This document shows positions 18,557 through 28,692 of a stretch of DNA of 64,000 nucleotides, piece by piece (positions within the stretch are counted from its first letter, which is position 1; each line of letters opens with the position of its first letter). This stretch comes from Candidatus Woesearchaeota archaeon (GTDB taxonomy: Archaea; Nanobdellota; Nanobdellia; Woesearchaeales; 0-14-0-80-44-23). The translations under genes and the position numbers were made by a program. The DNA lies in the NCBI GenBank assembly GCA_038874135.1, contig JAVZCZ010000001.1, forward strand, positions 768,001 through 832,000, read 5' to 3'. The notes under the pieces were generated by a model. It searched no databases, was not told the DNA's origin, and was given only the letters and a program-made list of their open reading frames with translations.

Positions 18557-21087
18557 TTTATTCCGTTCAATATTTTCAGCATTTCTTCCTTATTTCTTGC
18601 TTTTCTTAATCTTGCCGCTAAATTCCTATCCCTAATCTCGTCCCTTATCCAATCTGCAAGATCGTTCCTTTCAAAATTGACATGGTAGTTGAAAGTGTCA
18701 GAGTCGGCATATTTAATCTCCCTTTTGAGTTCTTCTATACTTCTAACAACTCTCCCATTGTAAAGATGCAGGGGATTTATTTTAAGTCCGCATTCACTTT
18801 TGGGCTGATTTGAGCTTTTCAATTCTTTTTCTTCTCCACTCTTAACTTGGCTTCTTATTTCTTCTAACCTTTTTATTCTACTTCTCAACTCTTCAGCTTC
18901 CTCTGGAGAAAGATCTCTTGGATCTATGCTTTTTAACTCTTCAAGCACAGAATCAACATTCTGTACATCTTCTTTTTCTTCCAGCAAGCCTTCTTCTCCG
19001 CTGAATTCATCTTCATAAAAAGTTTCCTTTCCCATTCTGAAATAATAAAATGCAAGAGCCGTCACAATAAAAACACCCATCACTATTCCAACATATTTTG
19101 AACTGCTTCTTAAAGTTTCAAAAACAGAATATCCGCTTATATTGTTTTTTTCATAAGTCGGCTTTTTAAGTAGGACTGATTTTATACTTCCCAAATCGCT
19201 TTCTGATACTTTAGAGTTTACTACGAACTTGATAACATTTTCTTTTCCATTTGTGGGGAAGCCTATTATAGGGTCACTTTGGATTATTGTGTAGCCCTTG
19301 CTTATGAAGCGAAGTTTAGATACATCTTCTGCAATGTTTTTCGGAATCAGCATTACAATTGAGGAGTTGTTTTCTTCCTTATCTAAAATGAGTTTATCTT
19401 CAATAAATGTGATATGCTCAGTGGAGCCCTCATATATTATGCTTACAAGCCTTCCGGAAATCAACTGCTTAACTCCTTCCTGTTCAGAGCTGACCTTCTT
19501 TATATAGTCTAAGTCTCCAGAATTTTGCGGGTAAGTCTTTGAAATGGCAGACACCACATCTTCGTTGTTTGCCCTTACTTCAACTTCTGAGTAGTTCGTT
19601 AATTCTAAACTTAGAGGAACAGCACTTAGCAGCGATCTTAATGCTATCTTCTGCCTTGAAACCTCAGAAAGTATGTCTTCATCTTTTGAAGTGCTCGTTC
19701 TTAACCCTTTCAATTCTGAGATTACTCCTTCAAGTCTCATCAATGAGTTTTGCGCCTCTTCTAATAAGCCGGTTGCATCCAGAATTTCTGAAGGGATTTC
19801 TTGCATTTTTTGGATTCTCTTCTGAATTTCCACCTTAGCAGCTTCTGCAGAGCTTATCGCTTCGCCTATACTCCTTATTGTTTGCGGGGAAAGTTCAGAA
19901 TCAACATCACTTTTAACAGCTATCGCACTTACCTCATTAGAAAGCCCGCCTTCATTTCCAGCCAGGTCAACTGCTGATACTGCGTAGTAATATGTTTTTC
20001 CTTCCGCTACATTTCTATCAACATAATATGTTTCACTAGTCTTATCGTAGTAATCCAGATAGCTTACTCCAGTTGAAGAGCTTCTATATATTCTAAATTC
20101 TGATATGTTATCCCCTTCAAATCTTATACTTAAATTTATCTTACCATCTTTTTGAGATGAAGCGCTTAGGATTGGCGCTTCAGGTGCTACTGTATCTATT
20201 ATGAAAAGTTTTCCAGAAGTTATTAGGTCCCCACTTGTGCCATAGTAATCAGTACCCCTGAATGAAAAAGAGCCTATCTTGTTTCCCATACCCTTATCAA
20301 TTATGAGATACCCGCGCCAAACCCTTCCAGAACCGACTAGGTCTATACTTTTTATGTTATCATCCACCTTATATGTTAATATTGGCGTTGGTACTAATTC
20401 AGTTGAAGCTGTTAGAGTAACCTCATACAGCCCATCCTTCAATGGTGGATTTTTTGAGAGCGAAATCTGAGCATAGACTGGACTTCTCACATAAAAGTTT
20501 ATAACTTGTTCAACCTTGTTTCCAACAGAATCAAAACATCTTATCAGGTATGACTTTGGGCCTTGAGATAGTCCTGAGAGGATAGTTTGATGGCTGAAAC
20601 CATCTGCACTTTCCAGTTGCCTTTTTACTCCTGAAGATTCGTAGGAACAGTTAGCCCTTTCATTAGTCGCAACGAACATCATAACATAATCTGTGCTTAT
20701 TGAGCCAGAAGGCCCGCTTCCCACTATTAAGGGGGGTGTAGTGTCTACTGTAAAATTAATTAGAATCGGAGTGCTGCTCTCATTGTTTAAGTTGGTGCAG
20801 ACGGCATAGAATTCATAGTAATCGTCTTCCAAGCTTAGGTTCAGCCAGTGTTCTGTGTCGTTACCCTGCATAAGATTTTCCATCTGTGAATATGTAACAT
20901 TGTTTTCTGATATTCTGCAGAGAGCACTCTCGTTTGTTATTGTGAGAAGATTAACATTTTTATTATTGGTGTCTGCTGTTGGTGCATATGCAACTATCTT
21001 TGGAGCGGCAAGAGTGGATGTTGCACACGCTATTGTGATAATCAGGATTATTATGTTCTCCTTCCACGAGATGTGATAATTTTTCAT
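18553..21087 (-). CDS. Single-pass membrane protein: extracellular Ig/FN3 domains and coiled coil, cytoplasmic DUF5752-like domain
   Basis: Signal peptide. YYYAVSAVDLAGNE (FN3). TM YVGIVMGVFIVTALAFYYF. C-terminal DTFNYHVNFERNDLADWI. Confidence 0.75.
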   Translation of the reverse strand: MKNYHISWKENIIILIITIACATSTLAAPKIVAYAPTADTNNKNVNLLTITNESALCRISENNVTYSQMENLMQGNDTEHWLNLSLEDDYYEFYAVCTNLNNESSTPILINFTVDTTPPLIVGSGPSGSISTDYVMMFVATNERANCSYESSGVKRQLESADGFSHQTILSGLSQGPKSYLIRCFDSVGNKVEQVINFYVRSPVYAQISLSKNPPLKDGLYEVTLTASTELVPTPILTYKVDDNIKSIDLVGSGRVWRGYLIIDKGMGNKIGSFSFRGTDYYGTSGDLITSGKLFIIDTVAPEAPILSASSQKDGKINLSIRFEGDNISEFRIYRSSSTGVSYLDYYDKTSETYYVDRNVAEGKTYYYAVSAVDLAGNEGGLSNEVSAIAVKSDVDSELSPQTIRSIGEAISSAEAAKVEIQKRIQKMQEIPSEILDATGLLEEAQNSLMRLEGVISELKGLRTSTSKDEDILSEVSRQKIALRSLLSAVPLSLELTNYSEVEVRANNEDVVSAISKTYPQNSGDLDYIKKVSSEQEGVKQLISGRLVSIIYEGSTEHITFIEDKLILDKEENNSSIVMLIPKNIAEDVSKLRFISKGYTIIQSDPIIGFPTNGKENVIKFVVNSKVSESDLGSIKSVLLKKPTYEKNNISGYSVFETLRSSSKYVGIVMGVFIVTALAFYYFRMGKETFYEDEFSGEEGLLEEKEDVQNVDSVLEELKSIDPRDLSPEEAEELRSRIKRLEEIRSQVKSGEEKELKSSNQPKSECGLKINPLHLYNGRVVRSIEELKREIKYADSDTFNYHVNFERNDLADWIRDEIRDRNLAARLRKARNKEEMLKILNGIK

Positions 21088-21088
21088 G

Positions 21089-21244
21089 TTAAAGCTTTAT
21101 CTTTGAGACAAGGTTGTTGTCTCTTTTTACTGCCTCTTCAATTGCCTTTTGCAGGTATTCTTTTAGGGTTGTGTTCTTGAGAAAGGCGATGACCTTAGCT
21201 TTTGTGTGCAGGTCCTCGCTTAGGTCTAGATTTATCTTTTTCAT
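21089..21244 (-). CDS. Small ribbon-helix-helix (CopG/HicB-like) DNA-binding protein, not in ORF track
   Basis: Translated by hand: MKKINLDLSEDLHTKAKVIAFLKNTTLKEYLQKAIEEAVKRDNNLVSKIKL (51 aa). Stop abuts the start of the 21087 gene. Confidence 0.75.
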   Translation of the reverse strand: MKKINLDLSEDLHTKAKVIAFLKNTTLKEYLQKAIEEAVKRDNNLVSKIKL

Positions 21245-21409
21245 TTTCAGCCGCTCCTCGGAAATTCCCGAATTACTTTAATTACTTCAATTGTTAAAAG
21301 AATTTAAATAGTTTTCTATATTAAAATTATAAAAGTTATAAAAATTATTTAACTAATCTTAACAACTTAAACTATAAAAATAATATATATAAGAATTGAA
21401 AATGGTTTT

Positions 21410-23131
21410 TTAGTAAGCGTATTCTTCTTTCTTCTTCCTTCTCTTAAAGAAGGCTATCACTATCAACACTATCAGTACCGCTATTGCAATGGGAAGCCCA
21501 TAGGTTGTAGCATAATACACATAATCAAATCCTGCTTCTTTCATTGGGAACTTGGCTGTCTTAAACTTCACTAGAGCATCTTGCCGCTCTCCGTAGTAAG
21601 CATTAACTGTTATCTGAGAATTTTCATTTATGTCACCTTCAGTAAGCTTCTCAGGTGCGTAAACCTCTATCTTTCTCTTTTCTCCAGGCAGCAGTGCAAA
21701 GGCGCCTTTTGAGGAGATCGTAGTGGGTATTCCATTAATTATTACATCCGGAAGCTCTACACTCACATAAGCCTTAACCCTTCCAATGTTCTCTATCTCA
21801 ACCAGGAATGCACCCGTTCGCGCATTATACTCTAAGTTGGTTATGTTGATATCTGAGTTGTCCATAACTTCAATTACTGATATTACAACTGTTGCCTGAA
21901 GCACTTTTTCCAATGACTTTTTAGACTCGCCATACAGCGTGTAAAGGCTAGCACTTATATTTCCCTGCAATCTTTCAGAAACTGGATATGTCACTGTCTT
22001 CTTTGAATTCCCATCTATAAAGACAGCTTCAGAATCTCCAACACTAACCCTATTGCCATTTTCGTCACTTAGGATGATAGTTCCCTTAAAGTAAGCTGCT
22101 TGGGGTTTTGGATTTGAGTATGTGACCTCTAACCTCTGAGTTGCTCTATTGTAAGTTATCTGAAATAGTTCAAGCTGCAGCTCATATTTGGGAAGATAAA
22201 AGAGATCCAGCCCTTCTACCTGTGCTATTGCGCCCTGAGGATTTCTAGCTCCTTGAGCAAACTTTACAAACACGCTCAGCCCAAGGTTTCTTCTAAGCGT
22301 AGTTGCAGTTCCAACCAGCTCATTTCCTATGAGGACTGCAAACTTTATACCGCTCTTCTTTACAAACTCGCTTACAACATCTGGAACATTGTTTGAACCT
22401 ATGAATATTACCGGCTCAACCCCGCTCATTATCTCTTTTTCTATGAACTCTCCATTTGTGAATATGACCTGCTTTTTGTCAGATATTGCAAGATATCTCT
22501 TTTGTATTTCTATGTTGTTCTCAAAGCGGTCGCCTTCCTTGTTTATCACTTCAGGATTGTATTTCTGGAAGGTGGAAAGCACGCTCCTATCCACATTTCC
22601 ATAAATTATTATCTTATCAACTCTTCGCGAGGATAGAAGAGCATCTACTCTGCCCACATTTCTGCTGTTCACAAATAAGACATACCAGCCGTCCAAAACA
22701 GCATATGGTGCCACAGATATGGCATTATAGCCATACGAATCATCTATTATTATAAACTTGGTAATCTGCGGGAGGTTGTTTTTTAGCAAATCTAAGTTTA
22801 CATCCGAATATGAAAGCTCTTCTGCATTGAAACCACGCGCCTCAACAATAGCCCTATACCCAACAACATATGGAACTTTTGAGGAGCTGATTATCTGAAT
22901 GTTCTTCTTATTTGGATCTATCGTATTCAAAAGAAGAGGGCCCGCCTTGCTGCTTACTAAAAAGCCGTTATCAGCTTTTATCAGGTTGGCGTATAAAAGC
23001 GTTGAATAAACATCTCGCCAGTCCTGCGAATTGGCTATTACATAATCCGGAGTAAGCGCTTGAACCCCCCTTGCTATGAGTATTCCAGCAATAATGAGAA
23101 TTATTCCAAAAGCCAACCTGCTCCTCTTCAT
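21410..23131 (-). CDS. Membrane-anchored surface protein with cell-wall-binding-2-like alpha/beta repeats and Ig-like domains
   Basis: Signal peptide from M at 23131. VIANSQDWRDVYS, NAISVAPYA, GDRFENN motifs. C-terminal TM + KRRKKK. Confidence 0.65.
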   Translation of the reverse strand: MKRSRLAFGIILIIAGILIARGVQALTPDYVIANSQDWRDVYSTLLYANLIKADNGFLVSSKAGPLLLNTIDPNKKNIQIISSSKVPYVVGYRAIVEARGFNAEELSYSDVNLDLLKNNLPQITKFIIIDDSYGYNAISVAPYAVLDGWYVLFVNSRNVGRVDALLSSRRVDKIIIYGNVDRSVLSTFQKYNPEVINKEGDRFENNIEIQKRYLAISDKKQVIFTNGEFIEKEIMSGVEPVIFIGSNNVPDVVSEFVKKSGIKFAVLIGNELVGTATTLRRNLGLSVFVKFAQGARNPQGAIAQVEGLDLFYLPKYELQLELFQITYNRATQRLEVTYSNPKPQAAYFKGTIILSDENGNRVSVGDSEAVFIDGNSKKTVTYPVSERLQGNISASLYTLYGESKKSLEKVLQATVVISVIEVMDNSDINITNLEYNARTGAFLVEIENIGRVKAYVSVELPDVIINGIPTTISSKGAFALLPGEKRKIEVYAPEKLTEGDINENSQITVNAYYGERQDALVKFKTAKFPMKEAGFDYVYYATTYGLPIAIAVLIVLIVIAFFKRRKKKEEYAY

Positions 23132-23181
23132 AAGTTTCCACCCCAAAATGAATACTTTTAAGTATTAATGCGGAGCTTTTT

Positions 23182-24330
23182 TTAAATCTTTTGCCCTATT
23201 ACCCTCTTGTTTTCAGGCAAGTCCTCTGAGCAGTAGTAGTCAGCCAGCTGGAATAATGCCTTAAAAATAAATAGGACAGCTAATATGTTGAAAAGCACAA
23301 TTAATGCTAATGGAATCTGCATGCTGGCAAGGTCAGCGTTTGAGATGTAGATTGAAATTGCTAGTGCTGCAATGCCTAAATTCTTTACTAAAACACCATC
23401 TGAAAGCAGCAATAGTGCTGATAATAACAGGGGAAACAGCACTCCACCAAGGCGAACTAGCAGGTAAGCAGAGCTGCTGTTGCATGTAACTTTTGTAAAG
23501 AAGTGCTCATTTGCGTCTGAACTAAATATTACTGACTCACAAGAGCAGTTAAGAGCTAAGCCGACCAATCCGTGTCCCAGCTCATGAACTGCTATCGTGC
23601 TTGCAAAAAGAAATGTTAACATTGAAATCATAAAAAAGAGGTAGTGTACGAATCTAAGAGAATTTTTACTAAGTCCCTCTTCAAATTTTTTTCCTTCACT
23701 TCTTTCAGCATCCTTAAACTCAACTAATCCTCCAGAATTTCTAATTAGAACCATGAGTGCAGCGCATAGAAAAATCAAGGGAGCAAACCAGAATTTTCCT
23801 ACTAAAATTCTTAGTGAAGAAAACAAAGATATTACGCTGCCCAGCAGCCCGTACAAAGCAATTAAAAGCCAAGCCTCTGAAATCGCCTTATGCGAGCTAG
23901 TGTATTTTGGATTATGAGCAATTCTGAGCATCACTCCCAAGAGCATGAGCAGGAGAAAAGATAGCAGGTTTAGTATGAATAAGAATGATCCGGGAATTAT
24001 AGCCATTCCAACAGCGGCCATGCTGAAAATCGTCATAAACAAAATTATCCGCTTGTCTCCAGCAAGCAGGTAAGCTATATAGGATAAGAGTGCTGCTAGG
24101 GGAGTGATAAAAGCAGAGCCTGCTAGGATGAGTTCCAGCTCAGAAGGTTTGACATGGCTGAAAGCCCAGAAAATGTTTAGAACGCCGGAAGCAAGGTAGA
24201 ATCCTGAGAGAAAGATAAAACTCCAAACGAGCCTTCTCCCCTCTTCTTTGTTTATCCTTGCAGTGAGAATCCAGCAGAGCAGGGTAGCTAAAAAAAAGAA
24301 CACCGCATTTACAATAAGTATTTCTTCCAT
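23182..24330 (-). CDS. Polytopic membrane protein with M50-like zinc-protease motif
   Basis: ~11 hydrophobic segments. VHELGH motif, downstream GG and NADL. Likely start MEEILIV. Confidence 0.55.
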   Translation of the reverse strand: MEEILIVNAVFFFLATLLCWILTARINKEEGRRLVWSFIFLSGFYLASGVLNIFWAFSHVKPSELELILAGSAFITPLAALLSYIAYLLAGDKRIILFMTIFSMAAVGMAIIPGSFLFILNLLSFLLLMLLGVMLRIAHNPKYTSSHKAISEAWLLIALYGLLGSVISLFSSLRILVGKFWFAPLIFLCAALMVLIRNSGGLVEFKDAERSEGKKFEEGLSKNSLRFVHYLFFMISMLTFLFASTIAVHELGHGLVGLALNCSCESVIFSSDANEHFFTKVTCNSSSAYLLVRLGGVLFPLLLSALLLLSDGVLVKNLGIAALAISIYISNADLASMQIPLALIVLFNILAVLFIFKALFQLADYYCSEDLPENKRVIGQKI

Positions 24331-24422
24331 AAAATGTATTTGGCACTTGCACTTTATAAAATTGCGCCTCTCAATTTGTTTTAACCTAAAAATATAAAAG
24401 AGCACAACTATTTACTTAGTTT

Positions 24423-25481
24423 ATGAAGAGCAGAGAAGGAGCCTGCTTTATGCGAGCCGAAGTTAGTATAGAAGATCCGGAATTCTACATAAAGCAGGCG
24501 TTTTTAAACGCTCGCAAAGCCCTCTCTCAGAAGGAAAAGAAAAGGAAAAAGTCTAAATCAGGATTCTTCTCAGCTAAGCGGAGATATGCAGATAGGATAA
24601 CTTTGTTTCAGCAGTTTTTCAAAGAGCGCTTCTCAGAGATTATAGGAGCATTTCCGGAGTTGTGGCGGCTTTCTCCATTTTATAGAGAGCTTACTAATAT
24701 AACATTTGGGGTTGACGAGTTCAAAAACGCGCTCGGCTCGCTCTCCTGGACAATCTCTAAGATTAACGGGCTTTCAAGTCAGTATAGGATTAAGATTTTA
24801 TCTGCGGACAACTTAGAAGAAGCTCGCAATTTGATGAGGGAGTATGAAGGGAGAATCTCCTCGCTGCTGAGGGAGTTAAGCCCAGCTCTGAACTTCTTGA
24901 GAACTGCTAAGGAAGAAATAAGGAATTATCCAATAGTTAGGCAGGACACCTTCACTGTTGCAATAGCTGGCTTTCCAAATGTTGGCAAGTCCACACTTCT
25001 CTCAAAACTAACAAAATCGCGCCCGGACATAGCGCCATACCCATTCACTACTAAATCTCTTCTATTAGGGTATGCCAGCGCCTTTGACTTTGCAAGCTCA
25101 GACATTCAGATAATAGACACGCCGGGAACTTTGGACAGGCCTGAGAAGATGAACAGCATAGAAAAGCAGGCATATTCTGCAATGAGAAACCTTGCTAATC
25201 TGATAGTTTATGTTTTTGACCCAACGCTCCAATACCCTTTACAACTTCAAGAACAGCTCCTTTCAGAGATAACCACCTTCGGAAAGCCGGTGATAATTTA
25301 CATAAGTAAGACTGACATTCAAAGTGAGGAAGTAGTGAGAACTGTTGAAGAAATAAAAAACAAGCACAATTCTTTTACAAATTCAGAAGAGCTGGCTTCA
25401 GAACTTAGAAGGATTGCTAGAGAGTATTACGCTAAGCTTAAGGCTCAAAAGTTTGGAAACAAAAATAAAGGCTCAAACTAA
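24423..25481 (+). CDS. NOG1-family GTP-binding protein
   Basis: GFPNVGKS, APYPFTT, DTPGTLDR, SKTD. Confidence 0.9.
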   Translation: MKSREGACFMRAEVSIEDPEFYIKQAFLNARKALSQKEKKRKKSKSGFFSAKRRYADRITLFQQFFKERFSEIIGAFPELWRLSPFYRELTNITFGVDEFKNALGSLSWTISKINGLSSQYRIKILSADNLEEARNLMREYEGRISSLLRELSPALNFLRTAKEEIRNYPIVRQDTFTVAIAGFPNVGKSTLLSKLTKSRPDIAPYPFTTKSLLLGYASAFDFASSDIQIIDTPGTLDRPEKMNSIEKQAYSAMRNLANLIVYVFDPTLQYPLQLQEQLLSEITTFGKPVIIYISKTDIQSEEVVRTVEEIKNKHNSFTNSEELASELRRIAREYYAKLKAQKFGNKNKGSN

Positions 25482-25497
25482 TATCTTTTTATAAGGT

Positions 25498-25803
25498 TTA
25501 CTCATATGCGGTTAACTTCTTGTTCTTCGCCCTTCTAAGCTTTTCTCTTATTAGGTCAATCTTCTGGCTGCAAGTTGGGCATAGCATTATTATGTTTGAG
25601 AACTCATCTTTTCCCCCGCTGGCAATAGGAATTAGATGAAAGAAGTGGCACTCCTTCAGCCTTACGGGAGTTTTGCAGTTCGCGCATCTTAAGGTTATTT
25701 TCTGCTCGTGTCCACACTCAGAACATCTTATAATACTATTCTCCAGAAACTCTAAGATTACTGAGCGCTTCACCTGCTTGCTCATACTTAGATATACTTG
25801 CAC
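25498..25803 (-). CDS. Zinc-ribbon/HNH endonuclease-like protein
   Basis: CxxC pairs; HLIPIASGGKDEFSNIIMLCPTC. Confidence 0.7.
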   Translation of the reverse strand: MQVYLSMSKQVKRSVILEFLENSIIRCSECGHEQKITLRCANCKTPVRLKECHFFHLIPIASGGKDEFSNIIMLCPTCSQKIDLIREKLRRAKNKKLTAYE

Positions 25804-25809
25804 GCCTGT

Positions 25810-27984
25810 TTAAATCTTTTTCTCCCCAATAAGCTTTGAACTCTCTTTAGTCCCATTATCTTTTTCATAATATTCCTGCTTAGAAGGGCATTCGGGATTC
25901 AGGCAGAACTTCCAAGGCCTCTTCCCCTTGTTAATTATTAGAACAATTGGCCAGGAGCACTTTTCACACTTCTCTTCGGATGGCTTAACCATTCCCTTCT
26001 GCGGAATGCTGAAAGTTGTCTTGCACTCAGGATAGCGGTCGCAGGCGATAAACCTCTTCCCCGACTTCTTTGAGAATAGTATTTTGAGGTTTCCCTCATT
26101 ACAGGATGGACACTTTCCAACAGTGTTCTGACTGTGAATAGTTTTTTCATTCGCATCTTTAAGCTCAGCTCCCATCTCCTTCTCCTGTTTCTTGAACTTC
26201 AAAAGCACCTTAGTCAGGAGCTCTCGCGCTTCTTGAAGGACTTCTTCCCTCTTCTTTTTTCCTTCCATGACAAGGTCTGCTTCGTCTTCAAAATGCCTCG
26301 TAAGCTCTACATCCACTATCTCCGGACAGTATCTTTCAAGAGTTTTTTCAGTGGTTATGCCAAGCTGAGTTGCCCTTATTGCCTGCCCTTCAATGTAGCC
26401 CCTCTTATAAAGCGTTTCAACAACAGTTGCCCTAGTTGCTTTAGTCCCCAGGTTCTTTGCAGAGAGCTCGCTAACCAGGGAAGCTGGGGAATACCTCTTA
26501 GGCGGCTGGGTCTCCTTCTCCTCAATCCTAATTGAAAGAACCTTAACCTGCTGACCCATCTCCATTTTTGGAAGCTGCGCCTCCTTGATATTAGCGTAAG
26601 GAGCATACAATTCCATCCAGCCCCTCTCACGAATTGAGAGGCCCTCGCATACAAAAGTTTCAGGACCAGATACAATTTCAGCTTTTACCCTCTCTAAAAC
26701 TGCAGGATTTCCAAATGTTGCCAGAAATCTCTTAACAATCAGGTCATAAATCTTTTCAGATTCGGAGTCCAGCTTCTTAGGTGCATTTCCCGTGGGATAA
26801 ATTGCAGGGTGCGCTGGATCGGTCTTCTTTCCATTGTTGGGAGTCAGCTTTGCACTTCTTAAATCTTGGAATCCGCGCATTCCAGTAAGCTTCTCAATCA
26901 GCACAGCATAATCTCTCTGCTTTTGCAGGGATGACATTATTTCGTTGAATCCAATACTGAGAGGAAGCTGCTGAGAAGAAGTTCTTGGGTAAGATATAAG
27001 CCCCTCAGTGTATAGCGCCTGTGCAATGTCCAGACACCTTTTAGGATTAATGCCGAAGCACCTATAAGCTTCTACCTGCAGTGTAGTCAGGTCAAATGGG
27101 AAAGGTGGGCTCTTAAAAACTTCGGAACTTTCAACCCTTGCTACAGAGCACTTGCTCCCAGAAGCGTTCTTTAGAGCAAGCTCAGCCTCTTCCTTATTCC
27201 AGAACCTATCATGCTTGTGCACAGCTTCAAAATTTTCACTTCCGACCCTGCCGTTGAGTATAACCTGCCAATATTTTTTTGGAACGAAACTACTTATCTG
27301 CTCCTCCCTGTCTACAACTATCTTAAGCGCTGGGCCCTGCACCCTTCCTGAGCTCATCACTTTAAATGTGCCAACACTCTTTATTGCAGATGTGAGAGCT
27401 CTTGAAATGTTTATGCCGTAATAGTAATCCAACTCGTGTCTCAACAGTCCCGCTTCTGCCTGGCCCCAGTCAATTGTTGGGCTCTTGTTCTCATAGGCAC
27501 GCACCAGATCCTTCTGAGTAAGTGCAGAGAACTTCATCCTGCAGCCGTCCTTCTGCTTGCAGATGAACCTTAGAACATTTAATCCAATTACTTCACCCTC
27601 TATATCGTAATCAGTGGCAACAGTGAAAAAGCTTGACTTCGCGCTTGCAGCTTCCAAAGCTTTTATGTATTTCTTAGTGTGAGCGCTTTCCTTCTTAATC
27701 TTATAAGCAGGAGCCCACTCCACTTCAAAAACAGGATACTTCCACTTGTTACCTCCTTTTTCCATAAGCCCAAAGAGGTGGCCCACAGCGCATCCGACTA
27801 ATATTTTCCTGCCGCCCCTCTCAATCTCATAATATGGAACGCCTCCCTCAGAAATCCTCTTTACAGTGCCTTCTGCCAGCGCATTAGCTATCCTGGCAGC
27901 AACTTTCGGCTTCTCAGTTATTATCAACTCGTAACCTTCGCCTAAAGCTTTTTCTCCTTCCGATTTTGAAGCCCTTCTAGCCAT
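25810..27984 (-). CDS. topA: DNA topoisomerase I (type IA)
   Basis: ITEKP Toprim, DYDIEGE, SGRVQ, catalytic ISYPRT, C-terminal zinc ribbons. Confidence 0.95.
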   Translation of the reverse strand: MARRASKSEGEKALGEGYELIITEKPKVAARIANALAEGTVKRISEGGVPYYEIERGGRKILVGCAVGHLFGLMEKGGNKWKYPVFEVEWAPAYKIKKESAHTKKYIKALEAASAKSSFFTVATDYDIEGEVIGLNVLRFICKQKDGCRMKFSALTQKDLVRAYENKSPTIDWGQAEAGLLRHELDYYYGINISRALTSAIKSVGTFKVMSSGRVQGPALKIVVDREEQISSFVPKKYWQVILNGRVGSENFEAVHKHDRFWNKEEAELALKNASGSKCSVARVESSEVFKSPPFPFDLTTLQVEAYRCFGINPKRCLDIAQALYTEGLISYPRTSSQQLPLSIGFNEIMSSLQKQRDYAVLIEKLTGMRGFQDLRSAKLTPNNGKKTDPAHPAIYPTGNAPKKLDSESEKIYDLIVKRFLATFGNPAVLERVKAEIVSGPETFVCEGLSIRERGWMELYAPYANIKEAQLPKMEMGQQVKVLSIRIEEKETQPPKRYSPASLVSELSAKNLGTKATRATVVETLYKRGYIEGQAIRATQLGITTEKTLERYCPEIVDVELTRHFEDEADLVMEGKKKREEVLQEARELLTKVLLKFKKQEKEMGAELKDANEKTIHSQNTVGKCPSCNEGNLKILFSKKSGKRFIACDRYPECKTTFSIPQKGMVKPSEEKCEKCSWPIVLIINKGKRPWKFCLNPECPSKQEYYEKDNGTKESSKLIGEKKI

Positions 27985-28123
27985 ACTAAAACAAACCCTT
28001 ACAAATTTAAACCACAGCAGGAAGCATATAAAAAGCTTGCGAAAGAAAATTTACGCCGAATCATAATAACATGACAACATCCTTTGCGAAAGCTTTAAAA
28101 ATGAATGGGGGCTTCCCACCTGT

Positions 28124-28648
28124 ATGGCGAAGCTAAGAAAGGGAAGGGCTTACAGGAAGCTGAAGAGGCCTTACACCAGAATTTCCAAGTTCAGGAACAA
28201 GTCGTTCGTAAGAATGGACCCTCACATCAAAGTGATAAGGTTTGTTATGGGGGATCCTAACAAGAAGTTTGAATACACCTTAAACTTGATTGCTAAGTCC
28301 TCTCTTCAGATAAGACAGGAGGCAATTGAAGCTGCAAGGCAGATTGCTAACAGGATTCTTGAAGGAAAACTTGGCAAGACCGGCTTCTTTTTCAGGATAA
28401 GAGCTTATCCTCATCAGGTGTTAAGGGAGAAGCCGATGGCAACCGGGGCAGGTGCAGATAGAACCAGTACGGGAATGGCAGCCCCATTTGGAAAGCCTAT
28501 AGGTGTTGCAGCGCGCGTCTTAAAGGGCTCTACGGTCTTTGAAGTCCAAGTGAATGAATCTGATTTGGACATAGCCAAGCACGCTCTCAAAGAGGCTTCT
28601 TACAAGTTGCCATTGTCATATCAGATAACTGTTCAGAAAAATAATTAA
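28124..28648 (+). CDS. rpl10e: 50S ribosomal protein uL16 (L10e)
   Basis: IRAYPHQVLREKPMATGAGADR...FGKPIG. Confidence 0.95.
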   Translation: MAKLRKGRAYRKLKRPYTRISKFRNKSFVRMDPHIKVIRFVMGDPNKKFEYTLNLIAKSSLQIRQEAIEAARQIANRILEGKLGKTGFFFRIRAYPHQVLREKPMATGAGADRTSTGMAAPFGKPIGVAARVLKGSTVFEVQVNESDLDIAKHALKEASYKLPLSYQITVQKNN

Positions 28649-28692
28649 AGTTATTCTTTTTTTACACTTCAACATTTTTTAGATGAGGCTTT

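Noticed and set aside
25498-25803. HNH ORF as a homing endonuclease of an intron or intein in topA
   Set aside because: It is a separate downstream ORF, topA is uninterrupted, and the final His of the HNH motif is replaced.
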